Part shown: positions 20,901 to 31,622 of the stretch, piece after piece
Layout of the letters: the number at the start of each line of letters is the position of its first letter
Numbering within the stretch: the first letter of the stretch is position 1
From: Candidatus Omnitrophota bacterium
GTDB taxonomy: Bacteria > Omnitrophota > Gorgyraeia > Tantalellales > Tantalellaceae
Direction of reading: 5' to 3'
Length of the DNA: 64,000 bases
NCBI GenBank assembly: GCA_049642065.1
Contig: JBAROK010000092.1
Coordinates: 17,613 to 81,612, forward strand
The notes under the pieces: generated by a model
Told to the model about the DNA's origin: nothing
The model's database searches: none
Seen by the model: the letters and a program-made list of their open reading frames with translations, nothing else
Program-made: the position numbers and the translations under genes

Positions 20901-21064
20901 TGCCCATGGCCATGTCGCTTTGCTGGGGTCTGGTATTCGCGACGGTTTTAACGCTTGTCATAATACCCTGCATTTACTCGATCCTAGATGACCTTACTAT
21001 CAAGGTCGCACATCACACCAGTATGATAGAGCCTCGTAAGCTGGAAGAAGAAAGCGGCAGTTAA
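17921..21064 (+). CDS. RND-family efflux transporter permease (AcrB/HAE1-like)
   Basis: 1047 aa with 12 TM segments and two large periplasmic loops. N-terminus MSLPRFSVNNSLFVNLVSVIIIIIGLIVVFGM. Start overlaps the tolC stop (ATGA). Confidence 0.9.
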   Translation: MSLPRFSVNNSLFVNLVSVIIIIIGLIVVFGMNREIFPNVSFDMVSVTTVFPGATPEDVEKLITVPIEKELKEVDGLKEVNSTSAASTSLIYVKLDPDEPDKQKVIRDIQSAVDKVKDLPADIQDDPEVVEVTSKQYPIVEVSLSGKMSERKLQEYADALEDEIEDIKGVARIQKSGYRDREVQVRVNPDKLEEYYVSMDEIETALAGRNVSLPAGKIDTATTEYSVRTTGEFQTAEEVENVIIRANDSGNWLKIKDVAEVVDTFKDEDIVNKTKATRSINLVVSKKESGDAISIVDNIKTISDKFLERIKGELEISYVNDYSFFARRRLNVLKNNAWFGVIIVIVIMLVFLQKRVALFTVLGIPISFFATFIVMNMMGITINMISMFGLVVVLGMLVDDGIIVAENVYRYMEEGLSPQEAAIKGTEEVMGAVCAAVFTTIAAFSPLLFMTGIIGKFIWNIPAVVITALLASLGEALIILPSHMADFVKIRTDKKGKPMLKRELPWFKKIVSFYTKTVNLAIRHKYRVLIGFIAALFFSFFLATHVMKFILFPSAGINFFFIRAEAPIGTPLEKTEEMMKPLEKLVAELPEEELDAYVTAIGKIEEDRQDPFAGQASNLAQITVYLTPEQDRKRKVEQIIKDLRKKAGNIKGFDDLRFDMPEAGPPVGKPVEARVRGENFETLDAISTEYMDYIKTIDGATDINWDHKPGKEEIRVKVDREKATMAGLSVQQIARTIRGVFQGNIATKIKPVKAEEETDVTVMFDKENGSFDMNVFDEVLVVNKYGNLIPLNKVATIEKVPGSTTIKHLDGKRVVTTSCNVDTTKVTSLEVNKKLMKKFQDISERHIGYSVKYGGEQEESVESLISLAKAFFFAFLVVYLILASFFKSLIQPMIVMLAIPFGLIGVIVAFLLHGQPFSFLAILGVVGLNGIVVNDSIVLVDFINKLRRSGTNRHDSIIRAGQMRLRPVILTTVTTAGGLSTVAYGIGGKDPFLVPMAMSLCWGLVFATVLTLVIIPCIYSILDDLTIKVAHHTSMIEPRKLEEESGS

Positions 21065-21077
21065 AGCCGTTTGCCAG

Positions 21078-23735
21078 TTGATAAGTCTAAGTCCCAGGTG
21101 TATAATACATCAGAACTCTGACGGAAGGAGGCACGTCATTCGATATCTTATCTGTACGTTGTTAACAATATCATTATTATTATTAAATCCCATAGCGGCA
21201 AAAGCCGATTTGTACACGACTGAATTCGAGAAAATAGTGCTGGATAACGGAGCGACTATTGTCTTCAACCATGTTCCGGATTCGTCACTTGTTAGTATAC
21301 AGATCAGGGTGCTTTCTGGTCTTTCCAATGAGGGTGAATACGCTGGTACCGGAGTCTCTCATTTTCTCGAACATCTACTTTTTAAAGGCACTGACAATAA
21401 AGAGGCTGAACAGATACGTAAAGAGATCAAATCCATGGGTGGATTTGTTAACGGATCCACAGGGTTGGATTCGGCAGAGTACCATATAACCGTCCCGAAC
21501 GAAAATTTTGAAAAAGCTTTTGATCTTTTGGTAAATATGGTAATGCAACCGGTATTTACTGATGAGCAGATGGCGACTGAAGGGGAGATTATACTCAAGG
21601 AGATTAAGCTTAACAGGGACGATCCTGCTAAGATGAGAATGAACCTGCTTTTTGCCCAGGCATACCGGGATAACGTATATAAATATCCCGTGATAGGTTA
21701 TGAGGATACGTTCACTAAACTCACCAGAAAAGACGTTTTGGATTATCATGCTGCAGCGTATACTCCCGACAGGATGGTTGTGGGTATAACCGGAGGTATA
21801 GATCCTAGACGCGCTCTTATTACAGCAGCGGACAAGCTTAACGAATATAAAAGAGGGCGTCCCTGGAACGTTACGGTTCAGGAAGAACCCAGGCAGATAG
21901 ACCAGCGCGGGGTAGAGTTTCCCGCTGAGGTGGGGTTGGGCTACCTTGCCATAGGATTCCATACGACGAGTGTGTATTCATCTGACTTGTACGCGGCTGA
22001 CGTTCTGGCAATACTCTTGGGTGGTGGTAACGATTCCAGGCTGTACAGGAGGCTTGTTAAGGAAAAAGAGCTCCTTTATACGATCTCAAGCGTGAATTAT
22101 ACGCCGAGGTATCCGGGGCTTTTTATTGTCACGGGTGCGGGGGAGCCCGAGAATATGGAAGCGGCCAAAGAAGAGATATTTTCTGTTATTAATGAGCTTA
22201 AAGCAGGCAAGATTAAGAAAGAAGAAGTTGCCCGAGCAAAGACCATTGTGGTCTCGGATTATCTGCGGTCTCATGAACGTATAGAGAGTATAAATTCTTC
22301 CATGACCAGTTCGCAGCTTCTTGTTGGTGACCCGGGATTTTTTAAAAGATATGTGGACAAAATACAAGAGGTCAGTGCGGATGAGATAAACAGGATGGCT
22401 TCCAAATATTTAATAGCTGACAATTCCACTAAAGTTGCGGTTCTCCCTGAAGGCTTTAAAAAGAAAACTGAAGAAGAAGCGCAGCGGGAAGAAGTAACTG
22501 CTGTCGGGCAGGAAAAGTCAGTTACTCTTGATAACGGGCTTAAAATCATCGTTAAAAAGAGAGGGCAGCTTCCGCTTGTTTCAATAACAATGGCCGCTCC
22601 CGGCGGGCTCCGGGCCGAGACTGAAAAGAATAATGGGGTTTCCAATCTTACGGCGCTTGTGATGCTTAAAGGCACCAAGAAACGAAGCGAGAACCAGATA
22701 ATACCGGTCATAGAAGAGATAGGTGGTCGCATCAATGCTTTTAGCGGCATGAATAGTATCGGTCTGTCAATGAGCTTGATGAGTCAGGACCTTGATGCGG
22801 GGCTGGATGTATTTGAGGATGTTGTCAAGAACTCTACTTTTCCGGAAGACCAGATCGAAAAACAGAAAAAGAAAGTGATTGCAGCGATACGGGAACAGGA
22901 CACCGATATATTTGAGAACGGTATGCTTTATCTATTGAACGAGCTGTACGGGGATCATCCTTACGGCATGAGGATACTTGGAGAGGCGCAAACAGTGACT
23001 CCTTTAAAACGAAAGGACATCCTTTCGTTTTACGAAGAGCATTTGGTTCCTGCAAAAGCTGTCTTAACAGTCGCCGGGAACGTGGATGTGGGATACACGA
23101 TGAGCGTTCTTACAAAGAAGTTCAGCAACTGGAAGGGCGAGGGAATAGGGATAAAGATGCAACCCGTAGCGCCGTTAGAAGGGATAAAAGAAAAAGACAT
23201 TTCGATGTATAAGGAACAGACTCTTTTTCTGATGGGGTTTCAGGGGGTAAAGATAACAAATAAAGAGAAGTATGCGCTTGAAGTTATAAGTGCGTTTCTT
23301 TCGGGGTCCGACGGGCTTTTGTTTCATGCTGCGCGGGAAGGAGAAGGGCTTAGTTATGCTTCCGGAGCCGTTTCCGTACCCCAGGTGGATAAAGGATATT
23401 TTGTTCTTTATATCGCTACTACCGAAGACAGGCTTGAAGAAGCGGAAAAGACGGCACAAGATGTGTTGAAAGAAGTTCTTAATGGACAACTTTCGGAGGA
23501 GGATATCGTGGCCGCAAAGAACCGGCTTATTTCACAACACGCTCATTCTTTGGAAGCCAATTTGCCTGTTTCGATGACGGTTACTCTGGACGAACTTTAC
23601 GGTCTAGGCGCGGATAATTACCAGAAGTATCCGTCTCAGATACGGGCAGTCAAAAAAGACGATATTGTGAACGTTGCGAAAAAAATCTTTAACCTAGGCG
23701 GATACGCAGTCGTAATAGTCCATTCCGGGCGGTGA
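21078..23735 (+). CDS. tandem (double) M16-family zinc peptidase (pitrilysin/insulinase-like)
   Basis: Inverted zincin motif HFLEHLLFKG...E in the first half. A second M16 unit follows. Signal peptide present. The true start may be downstream of 21078. Confidence 0.8.
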   Translation: MISLSPRCIIHQNSDGRRHVIRYLICTLLTISLLLLNPIAAKADLYTTEFEKIVLDNGATIVFNHVPDSSLVSIQIRVLSGLSNEGEYAGTGVSHFLEHLLFKGTDNKEAEQIRKEIKSMGGFVNGSTGLDSAEYHITVPNENFEKAFDLLVNMVMQPVFTDEQMATEGEIILKEIKLNRDDPAKMRMNLLFAQAYRDNVYKYPVIGYEDTFTKLTRKDVLDYHAAAYTPDRMVVGITGGIDPRRALITAADKLNEYKRGRPWNVTVQEEPRQIDQRGVEFPAEVGLGYLAIGFHTTSVYSSDLYAADVLAILLGGGNDSRLYRRLVKEKELLYTISSVNYTPRYPGLFIVTGAGEPENMEAAKEEIFSVINELKAGKIKKEEVARAKTIVVSDYLRSHERIESINSSMTSSQLLVGDPGFFKRYVDKIQEVSADEINRMASKYLIADNSTKVAVLPEGFKKKTEEEAQREEVTAVGQEKSVTLDNGLKIIVKKRGQLPLVSITMAAPGGLRAETEKNNGVSNLTALVMLKGTKKRSENQIIPVIEEIGGRINAFSGMNSIGLSMSLMSQDLDAGLDVFEDVVKNSTFPEDQIEKQKKKVIAAIREQDTDIFENGMLYLLNELYGDHPYGMRILGEAQTVTPLKRKDILSFYEEHLVPAKAVLTVAGNVDVGYTMSVLTKKFSNWKGEGIGIKMQPVAPLEGIKEKDISMYKEQTLFLMGFQGVKITNKEKYALEVISAFLSGSDGLLFHAAREGEGLSYASGAVSVPQVDKGYFVLYIATTEDRLEEAEKTAQDVLKEVLNGQLSEEDIVAAKNRLISQHAHSLEANLPVSMTVTLDELYGLGADNYQKYPSQIRAVKKDDIVNVAKKIFNLGGYAVVIVHSGR

Positions 23736-23837
23736 GCCTGCTTGAGCATACCTTTTGCTTTACCAGTAGGGCGCTTTCGCTTATAATATTATACTATAAT
23801 ACGAATGGTGTTGTATGGTTGACCGAGGGGGTGAAGT

Positions 23838-24638
23838 ATGGTTAGGGAACCAGCTGTATCAGGCCAGTTTTATCCGGGAAGCAAACAGCTTTTGCTTGAA
23901 GAGCTGGAGAACCTTATTCCGCAGAACCAGGAAAAGGTGGATGCTATTGGGGCAGTGGTTCCTCACGCGGGATACATGTATTCCGGTGCGATAGCTGGCG
24001 AGGTATATGCGCGCTTAACCCACAGGAAAACGTACGTGGTGATCAGTCCGAACCATACGGGTTACGGGAGCAGGTTTGCTTGTTCTTCAGAACCTTGGAA
24101 GACGCCACTAGGGAATGTTGAAGTAGATAAGGATCTTTTGGCAGCTATTATGAAAAACACTTCGCTTCTTACTGAAGATCCGTCAGCGCATCTTTACGAG
24201 CACTCAGTTGAAGTTCAGCTACCGTTCATACAACAGGTATCGCCTGATGCGAAGATATTGCCGATAACAGTACAGCGCGGGGCACCGGAACATTTGCGGG
24301 AAGTAGCTGATGCGATCGCTTTGGCTGTAAAAGAATCTGCCGGTGACGTTACTGTGATAGCTAGTAGTGACATGACTCATTACGAGTCTAGAAGCTCAGC
24401 CGAGCAAAAGGACAAACTGGCTATACAGAAGGTGCTTGATCTGGATCCGGAAGGTCTCATGGAAGTAGTTGAGGCGAGGAACATCTCAATGTGTGGATAT
24501 ATTCCTGTTGCACTGATGCTCCTGTACGCCCAAAAGATGGGCGCAACTAAAAGCGAGCTTATCCGGTATACCGATAGCGGCGAAGTTACCGGTGACACCG
24601 ACCAGGTTGTCGGATATGCAGGGATAATAGTCTCCTGA
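23838..24638 (+). CDS. Memo-like protein (MEMO1 / AmmeMemoRadiSam system protein B family)
   Basis: GQFYPG...VVPHAGYMYSG...His/Asp/Cys metal-site motifs. 266 aa. Confidence 0.75.
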   Translation: MVREPAVSGQFYPGSKQLLLEELENLIPQNQEKVDAIGAVVPHAGYMYSGAIAGEVYARLTHRKTYVVISPNHTGYGSRFACSSEPWKTPLGNVEVDKDLLAAIMKNTSLLTEDPSAHLYEHSVEVQLPFIQQVSPDAKILPITVQRGAPEHLREVADAIALAVKESAGDVTVIASSDMTHYESRSSAEQKDKLAIQKVLDLDPEGLMEVVEARNISMCGYIPVALMLLYAQKMGATKSELIRYTDSGEVTGDTDQVVGYAGIIVS

Positions 24639-24648
24639 GGAGGAATAA

Positions 24649-25449
24649 ATGGGCTTACTCAGAAAACGAAAGATAGCGCTGGTTTTAGGAGGAGGAAGCG
24701 CAAGAGGTTTATGTAATATAGGGGTACTTAAAGTGCTGGAAAAACATTTCGGTCGCGACAATATGCCGTTCGATATCATTGTGGGTACTAGTATAGGTAG
24801 TCTTATCGGTGCGGCTTACGCGCTTGGTGTTGCTCCCGAAGAAATGGAAGAAAGATCGCTCAAGTTCACTTTACCCAGACTGGTAGATATTGGTATGCAT
24901 CCTACCGGTCTTATCAAGGGCGACAAGCTTGAAAGTATTATCGTAGATATTATCGGTACCAACAAAAGGTTTGAGGATATGAAATATCCTTTTGCTCTTA
25001 CGACTACGGATATCGAGACAGGTGAAGAGCTTATTCATACATCAGGGAACCTGCTCAAGTTGATACGTGCCAGTTGTTCGTGGCCGGCGATATTTTCCGC
25101 AGTGGAAGTAGATGGACGGCTTTTGGCCGACGGTGGGGTAAGGAACAGTATACCGACCAAAGCGGCCTTTAGTATGGGTGCAACATTTCTTTTAGCTGTG
25201 AATCCGGGGTTTGCCGTGAAGAATCAGAAGATAAATAGTCTTATGCAGGCAACCGTTCAAATGGTGCAGATAATGGGAGAAGAGCTGAACGCTTATCAGG
25301 CAAAGGTGGCAGATGTAATTATCAAACCCGAACTTAAAGATATCGACCAGTTCGATTTCGATAAGGGGGCGATAATCATAAAACAGGGAGAAATCGCCGC
25401 AGAAGAAGAGATGCTAAGATTCAAAAGAAAACTCTTTTTCCACCGGTAG
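24649..25449 (+). CDS. patatin-like phospholipase
   Basis: GGGSARG oxyanion motif, GTSIGS nucleophile elbow, and DGG Asp of the dyad (LADGGVRNSIP). Confidence 0.85.
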   Translation: MGLLRKRKIALVLGGGSARGLCNIGVLKVLEKHFGRDNMPFDIIVGTSIGSLIGAAYALGVAPEEMEERSLKFTLPRLVDIGMHPTGLIKGDKLESIIVDIIGTNKRFEDMKYPFALTTTDIETGEELIHTSGNLLKLIRASCSWPAIFSAVEVDGRLLADGGVRNSIPTKAAFSMGATFLLAVNPGFAVKNQKINSLMQATVQMVQIMGEELNAYQAKVADVIIKPELKDIDQFDFDKGAIIIKQGEIAAEEEMLRFKRKLFFHR

Positions 25450-25458
25450 GAAGAATTT

Positions 25459-26466
25459 ATGAAAGCAAAGATAGCCAATCTAATACGTATTCTGATCAGT
25501 TTCGGGCTTTTAGGATTGCTCTTTTGGGTCATGAGGGATGACGTCCACAGCATGTGGCAGACGGTTATCGCTGGTGATATGAGGTTCATTGCCATAGGTC
25601 TGGTTTTCATTATGGCCAATGTGTTAATGCTCTCATACCGGTTCAAGATAATATTTTTGGGAGAAGACCTGAAGATCACGATGGGCGAAGCGTTCCAGCT
25701 TACTGTTGTGGGATATTTCTTCAATAATTTTATGCCGACAGCCGTAGGCGGAGACATAATAAAAGCTTATTACGCGGCACATGGTAGTGATGAACGATTG
25801 AAAGCGTATGCAAGCGTGTTTATGGACCGCTTCATTGGGCTTTATACGTTTCTGGTAGTGGCAGCCGTAGCATTAGTGGTGGACAGGGGAAGGTTTCACT
25901 TAGAAGCGGTAAGAACGCTTGTTTTTGTTCTTATTGTCGTAGGATTAGCTGGTTTTGTTATAGCAACGAACAGAAATATAGCGCGTTTTGTGGGACGATC
26001 TTTCAAGGGGCTTAAGATGTTCCACCTGGGTGAAAAGCTTGGTGCTTTGTATAACATAGTCCATGATTACAGGAACAGGGGCGGTGTTGTTCTCAGGTCT
26101 TTTGCGATATCAATCTTGGCCCAATCGCTTTATTTTTCGATAGTATATCTATTTTTTCGTTCGTTGGGACATAACGTAAGTCCGGGGAACATATTCCTCA
26201 TAATGCCGGTAGTTACATTCGTCAGTATGATACCTTCGCTTGGAGGACTCGGTGTAAGGGAAGGGGCGTTCGTTGCGCTTTTTGCGGCTTTGACAGGCAA
26301 GGAAACTGCCTTTGCTGTCAGCCTGATGCTTCTTTTTGGTCTTTTTATTGTCAGTATCGTCGGCGGAGTCACATACCTGTGGTGGGGTATCTCCGGAGTG
26401 CGAACGAAAAAAGCGAAAGATATAATTGAAATAGAGAGAAAAGTAGAAGAGGAAGTGAACGTATAG
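25459..26466 (+). CDS. flippase-like / lysylphosphatidylglycerol-synthase-TM-domain family (UPF0104) membrane protein
   Basis: 335 aa with about 8 TM segments. N-terminus [23 protein letters not shown] is typical of the family. Confidence 0.5.
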   Translation: MKAKIANLIRILISFGLLGLLFWVMRDDVHSMWQTVIAGDMRFIAIGLVFIMANVLMLSYRFKIIFLGEDLKITMGEAFQLTVVGYFFNNFMPTAVGGDIIKAYYAAHGSDERLKAYASVFMDRFIGLYTFLVVAAVALVVDRGRFHLEAVRTLVFVLIVVGLAGFVIATNRNIARFVGRSFKGLKMFHLGEKLGALYNIVHDYRNRGGVVLRSFAISILAQSLYFSIVYLFFRSLGHNVSPGNIFLIMPVVTFVSMIPSLGGLGVREGAFVALFAALTGKETAFAVSLMLLFGLFIVSIVGGVTYLWWGISGVRTKKAKDIIEIERKVEEEVNV

Positions 26467-26474
26467 GGGGTAAT

Positions 26475-26906
26475 ATGAAAAAGATACTAGTAATACACGG
26501 GCCGAATCTGGACCTATTGGGTAAACGGGAAACGAATATTTATGGCGACGAAACGTTGGAAAAGATCAACATAGAAATAAAAGGTCTTGCGGAAGAAAAC
26601 GGGTTCGAGATTGAGTTTTACCAGTCCAATCACGAAGGTGACCTGGTGGATAAGATAGGCGCTACTGATGCTGTTGGCATAATGATAAACCCGGCTGCGT
26701 ACACGCATACCAGTGTTGCGTTATGTGACGCTCTGAGCGCTAAAGAAATACCGTCAGTGGAAGTGCATCTATCGAATATTTACGCGAGAGAAGAGTTCCG
26801 GCATAAATCGCTGATTGCTCCGGTTGTTAGCGGACAGATAAGCGGGTTTGGTAAAGATAGCTACCTTTTGGGTTTGAAAGCCCTTATAGGACTGATTAAT
26901 GGATAA
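26475..26906 (+). CDS. aroQ: 3-dehydroquinate dehydratase, type II
   Basis: [20 protein letters not shown]-terminus, and [13 protein letters not shown]. Confidence 0.9.
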   Translation: MKKILVIHGPNLDLLGKRETNIYGDETLEKINIEIKGLAEENGFEIEFYQSNHEGDLVDKIGATDAVGIMINPAAYTHTSVALCDALSAKEIPSVEVHLSNIYAREEFRHKSLIAPVVSGQISGFGKDSYLLGLKALIGLING

Positions 26907-27963
26907 GAAGACGTTTTTCAGGAATAGTATTTTGACAAAGTTACGGCGCAAGATAAAGGGAGCTGGGATTGACGCTATTCTTGTAACGGGTAAGGAAGAT
27001 ATATATTACCTTGCAGGATACTATTCGAAGGGCGCGAAGCTTCTTATTTCCGCTAAAGAGCCCCCGGTATATTTTATAGACCATATGAACGAGGAGCTTT
27101 GCCGTAATAAGCTTAAGGGGCTAAAATTGGGAGAGATAATAGCCGGGCAGGTTAACGGTAAGCTCAAGGGGTATATCAAAACCAAGAAGATCAAAAAGAT
27201 CGCTATTAACGAGAAGCTGATTCCGGTCTTTGAGTATAAATTCCTCCTAGCGGGTGCGGGATTCACGTTCAAGCATGTTCCTTCTCTGCTTGAGGATATG
27301 CGTGAAGTAAAAGAGCAGCAAGAGATCGCTCTTCTAAGGAAAGCTGCTCGTCAGACGGTAAAGATTTGGAAAGAGGTCAAGAAGAACGTTGAACCGGGCA
27401 TGAGTGAGAAGGAAATAGCCGATATGATAGATGTGCTGACAAAGGCTTTAGGCTATGAAAATTCGTTCCCGACCATAGCCGCAATAGGTAAGAATACCGC
27501 TTATCCGCATGCTGTAGCCGGGTCAAAGCGCTTTAAGAATGCTGATCATTTACTAGTGGATTTTGGGATACGGCGGGAAGGCTACTGTTCTGACTTGACA
27601 AGAACATACTCGAAGGGTAGAATAAACCGAAAAATTACGGATTTCAAAAAATTGGTCCGTAATGCCCACGATCATGCTATAAAAATGATCAAGCCCGGGG
27701 CGGTTATCGGTTCCGTGGCGGGGACAATAGATATATACTTTAATAATAATGGCGTGGGTGACTACGTGCTTCACGGGCTTGGCCATGGAGTGGGGCTTAA
27801 TGTACATGAGAAGCCTTTACTTCACAGAGATAGCCGTGCTCGCTTCAAAAAAGGCATGGTTGTTACGGTAGAGCCGGGTCTTTACCTGCCCGGTGTCGGT
27901 GGAGTCAGAGAAGAGGATATGGTACTGGTTACCGCGAACGGATGTGAGGTGCTAACGAGATGA
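26899..27963 (+). CDS. M24-family Xaa-Pro aminopeptidase/dipeptidase
   Basis: Pita-bread metal ligands DFG...D...[13 protein letters not shown]...E...E. Confidence 0.85.
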   Translation: MDKKTFFRNSILTKLRRKIKGAGIDAILVTGKEDIYYLAGYYSKGAKLLISAKEPPVYFIDHMNEELCRNKLKGLKLGEIIAGQVNGKLKGYIKTKKIKKIAINEKLIPVFEYKFLLAGAGFTFKHVPSLLEDMREVKEQQEIALLRKAARQTVKIWKEVKKNVEPGMSEKEIADMIDVLTKALGYENSFPTIAAIGKNTAYPHAVAGSKRFKNADHLLVDFGIRREGYCSDLTRTYSKGRINRKITDFKKLVRNAHDHAIKMIKPGAVIGSVAGTIDIYFNNNGVGDYVLHGLGHGVGLNVHEKPLLHRDSRARFKKGMVVTVEPGLYLPGVGGVREEDMVLVTANGCEVLTR

Positions 27964-28517
27964 TTAAATCAGTTAATTTAAGGCCGGGTAAGATAATAAC
28001 TTTTAAAGGCGCTCTTCATGAGGTCGTCGAATATCAGCATATAAAACCGGGTAAAGGGCCTGCTTTTGTGCGTGCAAAGTTAAAGAACGTGGATAGCGGA
28101 GCTATTTTCCAGGAAACGCTCAGACCCGACGACTCGTTTGAAGAGGCTTTTATCGAACAGAAAAACATGCAGTATCTCTATAAAGACGATATGGGGTATT
28201 GTTTCATGGATGAAGAGACTTTTGAGCAGGTACATCTGTCTGAAGAGCTTCTGGGAGATAAAGCGGAATACCTTAAAGAGAACATGACGGTACTGGCCAA
28301 GGTGCATGAAGGCAGGATAATGAGTGTGGATCCTCCTATAACCGTGATCCTTGAGGTCGCGGAGACCGATCCGGGGTTTAAAGGTGATACGGTAAGCGGC
28401 GCGACAAAACCCGCGACGCTTGAGACCGGTAAGGTGGTTAAGGTGCCGTTATTCGTTGAGCAAGGGCAAAAGATCAGAGTGGATACCCGTACCGGGGAAT
28501 ATATAGAAAGAGCGTGA
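27960..28517 (+). CDS. efp: translation elongation factor P
   Basis: KPGKGPAFVRAKLKNV loop with the modified-Lys position. 185 aa. Start overlaps the previous stop (ATGA). Confidence 0.9.
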   Translation: MIKSVNLRPGKIITFKGALHEVVEYQHIKPGKGPAFVRAKLKNVDSGAIFQETLRPDDSFEEAFIEQKNMQYLYKDDMGYCFMDEETFEQVHLSEELLGDKAEYLKENMTVLAKVHEGRIMSVDPPITVILEVAETDPGFKGDTVSGATKPATLETGKVVKVPLFVEQGQKIRVDTRTGEYIERA

Positions 28518-28546
28518 ACTACAGTTCACGGTAAAAGGGAGAGGAT

Positions 28547-29005
28547 ATGAATATCAAGAAGATCAAAGAACTTGTGGAACTTATGAACGATAACGATCTA
28601 ATGCAGGTCGAGATCGAAGAGGAAGGCACAAAAGTAAAACTCACCAAGAATGGCGCAGGCGCAATAGAACAGGTTGTAACGCCTGTTGCGGCTAAAGCGC
28701 CTGTTACAGCGGCGGCACCGGCAGCAGTAGAGGTAGCCGAACAACCGGCCACAGTTACCAAAGGTGGCAAAGATGTAAAATCGCCTATGGTAGGCACTTT
28801 CTACAAGTCAGCGTCACCAGACTCTGATCCTTACGTAAAGGTCGGAGACGTGGTGCAGAAAGGCGACGTGCTTTGCATCGTTGAAGCTATGAAGCTAATG
28901 AACGAGGTAAAGGCGGAGTTTGGCGGTAAGGTGCTTGAGATATGCGTAGATAACGCCGATCCTGTTGAATACGGTCAGAACCTTTTTATTATTGAACCCG
29001 CGTAA
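28547..29005 (+). CDS. accB: acetyl-CoA carboxylase biotin carboxyl carrier protein
   Basis: Ala/Pro linker, then biotinyl domain with EAMKLMNE. Confidence 0.9.
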   Translation: MNIKKIKELVELMNDNDLMQVEIEEEGTKVKLTKNGAGAIEQVVTPVAAKAPVTAAAPAAVEVAEQPATVTKGGKDVKSPMVGTFYKSASPDSDPYVKVGDVVQKGDVLCIVEAMKLMNEVKAEFGGKVLEICVDNADPVEYGQNLFIIEPA

Positions 29006-29030
29006 CAAATATTTAAGACGAAAGTAGCAT

Positions 29031-30380
29031 ATGTTTACAAGAATATTAATAGCAAATAGAGGAGAAATAGCTCTAAGGATCATAAGGGCTTGCAAAGAGC
29101 TTGGGATAAAGACCGTAGCGGTTTATTCCGATGTGGATGCAACGTCGCTTCATGTAAGGCTCGCGGACGAAGCTGTTTGTATAGGTAAAGCGATGCCGTC
29201 TTCCAGTTACCTGAACATACCGGCAATAATCAGCGCAGCGGAGATAACCGATGTGGAAGCTGTGCATCCGGGTTACGGGTTTCTTGCCGAGGACGCTCAT
29301 TTCGCGGAAATCTGTGAGTCGTGCCAGATAAAGTTCATCGGACCGACGCCTGAGAATATGCGACTGATGGGCGATAAGATGACCGCTAAAGATACCATGA
29401 AAAAAGCGGGTATTCCGGTTATCCCAGGTTCAGCCGGATTGCTTAAGACCAAGGAAGACGCCCTTAAGGAAGCCAAACGGATAGGTTACCCAGTTATCAT
29501 CAAAGCGTCCGCCGGAGGCGGAGGTAAAGGAATGAGGGTATGTCACAACGATGTGCGTCTTGTGAGCGCTTTTTTGACGGCGCAAAGCGAAGCGGAAGCT
29601 GCTTTTGGTAATTCTGCTGTGTATATGGAAAAATATATCGAAGCGCCGCGTCACATAGAGTTTCAGATACTTGCCGATGAGAAAGGTAACATTGTTCATC
29701 TGGGAGAGAGAGATTGCACTATACAGCGACGTCACCAGAAACTTATTGAAGAGGCACCGTCACCGGCATTGAGCGCGGCGATGCGTAAAAAGATGGGCGA
29801 AGCGGCGGTAAAGGGTGCTAAAGCCGTTAATTATCGCGGTGCGGGAACTGTCGAATTCCTTGTTGATGGAGACGAGTTCTATTTTATGGAAATGAACACC
29901 AGGATACAAGTTGAGCATCCTGTTACCGAGATGGTGACAGGCATAGACCTTATTAAAGAACAGATAAAGGTTGCGGCCGGCCAGAAACTTTCGGTAAAGC
30001 AAGAGGACATAAACATCAAGGGGCATGCTATAGAATGCCGTATTAACGCGGAGGATCCTGATCATGATTTCCGCCCGTCACCGGGTAAGCTGGTCGCTAT
30101 ACATGTTCCTGGAGGGTTGGGCGTAAGGGTGGATACCCATGTTTATGCAGGATACGAGATCCCGCCGTTCTATGATTCTCTGATAGCTAAGCTTATAACA
30201 TACGGCAAGGACAGAAAAGAAGCTATAACGATTATGAAAAGGGCTCTGGATGAATTTCTGGTGGAGCCGATAAAGACAACGGTCAGTTTTCATAAAAAGG
30301 TCATGATCGATTCTGATTTTCGGAAAGGGGACGTCTCGACCCATTTTGTGGAAAAGTATTTCCCGAAGGAAGAGAAATAG
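29031..30380 (+). CDS. accC: acetyl-CoA carboxylase biotin carboxylase subunit
   Basis: ATP-grasp with [26 protein letters not shown] carboxylase motif. 449 aa. Confidence 0.9.
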   Translation: MFTRILIANRGEIALRIIRACKELGIKTVAVYSDVDATSLHVRLADEAVCIGKAMPSSSYLNIPAIISAAEITDVEAVHPGYGFLAEDAHFAEICESCQIKFIGPTPENMRLMGDKMTAKDTMKKAGIPVIPGSAGLLKTKEDALKEAKRIGYPVIIKASAGGGGKGMRVCHNDVRLVSAFLTAQSEAEAAFGNSAVYMEKYIEAPRHIEFQILADEKGNIVHLGERDCTIQRRHQKLIEEAPSPALSAAMRKKMGEAAVKGAKAVNYRGAGTVEFLVDGDEFYFMEMNTRIQVEHPVTEMVTGIDLIKEQIKVAAGQKLSVKQEDINIKGHAIECRINAEDPDHDFRPSPGKLVAIHVPGGLGVRVDTHVYAGYEIPPFYDSLIAKLITYGKDRKEAITIMKRALDEFLVEPIKTTVSFHKKVMIDSDFRKGDVSTHFVEKYFPKEEK

Positions 30381-30431
30381 GATCATTAACCGTAATCCGT
30401 GATCCGCGGAGGAGACGGAGAAGGAGGATCT

Positions 30432-31028
30432 ATGAATTTTTTCAGAAGAATTGGTATGCTGGTTTTTATGCTTATGATGCTGGGAACAGGAGCTCTACTT
30501 ATACTGCTTTCTGTGAACATCGTCGCCCCCGAACAGTGGGCTGACGCTATTTCACGTATCGGCGATAGCTTTGGCACTCAGGCCGTTGCCGGAGCGGTTG
30601 GTGCGCTGTTTGTGCTGATCGGGTTAGTTGCGCCGTACAGGCAGGCTAAATCGATGAAAAGGGGCCGAGTGCTTTCTTTCCAGAATCCTGATGGCGAGGT
30701 CACTGTTTCACTTGCGGCGATCGAAGAATATATTCACAAGATAGCCAAGGGTATTCCCGGGATAAAAGAGGTTCGTTCAAAGGTGGATATTACGAAAAAA
30801 GGTATAGATGTGATCGCTGATGTTGCGCTGTCCGCGGGTTCAAACATTCCTCAGGTAACCGAGACCATACAGATGGAAGTGCGTGATAAGGTCCAAGGGA
30901 TGCTCGGCATTGAAGAGAAGATCAACGTCAAGATGCATATCAAGAAGGTTATGACAAAAGGCGGGTACTCGGAAGACGCCGGTGTAGCGGATATGCCGGA
31001 AGAGGCGCATATTCCTTTCAGGGAATAA
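30432..31028 (+). CDS. Asp23/Gls24-family envelope stress protein with N-terminal membrane anchor (AmaP-like)
   Basis: TM segment followed by VSLAAIEEYIHKIAKGIPGIKEV...DVIADVAL, resembling the Asp23 domain. RBS aaggagg 5 nt upstream. Confidence 0.5.
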   Translation: MNFFRRIGMLVFMLMMLGTGALLILLSVNIVAPEQWADAISRIGDSFGTQAVAGAVGALFVLIGLVAPYRQAKSMKRGRVLSFQNPDGEVTVSLAAIEEYIHKIAKGIPGIKEVRSKVDITKKGIDVIADVALSAGSNIPQVTETIQMEVRDKVQGMLGIEEKINVKMHIKKVMTKGGYSEDAGVADMPEEAHIPFRE

Positions 31029-31042
31029 CTCTTAGGAGTAAC

Positions 31043-31615
31043 ATGATAGAAACGGTAAAAAAGATACTCGAAGACAGTATCGCTGCTAAACAAGAGTTCC
31101 TTGCCGATGAGAAAAACCTCTCCGCTGTGGTACACGCGGCAGAGGTAATGATAGAAAGCATTAAAAAGGGAGGGAAAATTCTCCTTTTTGGAAACGGTGG
31201 CAGTGCGGCTGACAGCCAGCATTTTGCTGCTGAACTGGTAGTGAGGTTCGAGAAGGAGAGAAAAGGCCTTCCAGCAGTGGCGCTCACTACCGATACCTCT
31301 ATTTTAACGGCGTCCGCGAATGATTACGACTATAATAAAATTTTCAGCCGGCAGATAGAAGCGCTTGCCGGAGCAGATGACGTTATTGTAGCCATATCCA
31401 CCAGCGGTAATTCCCCGAACGTGCTTGAAGGTGTGAACGTTGCAAAAGAGAAAAAGTTAATCGTCGTGGCTCTTACGGGCAAAGACGGCGGCAAATTGGT
31501 GGGGGAAGCAGACGTCGCTATCGTGGCGCGTTCCGATAACACCGCAAGGGTCCAGGAAGTCCACGAGACCGTTATCCATATCATTTGTAAACTCGTTGAA
31601 GACGCGTTTGCGTGA
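31043..31615 (+). CDS. gmhA: D-sedoheptulose-7-phosphate isomerase (SIS domain)
   Basis: LLFGNGGSAADSQHFAAELV SIS motif. 190 aa. Confidence 0.85.
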   Translation: MIETVKKILEDSIAAKQEFLADEKNLSAVVHAAEVMIESIKKGGKILLFGNGGSAADSQHFAAELVVRFEKERKGLPAVALTTDTSILTASANDYDYNKIFSRQIEALAGADDVIVAISTSGNSPNVLEGVNVAKEKKLIVVALTGKDGGKLVGEADVAIVARSDNTARVQEVHETVIHIICKLVEDAFA

Positions 31616-31622
31616 TTCTTAA

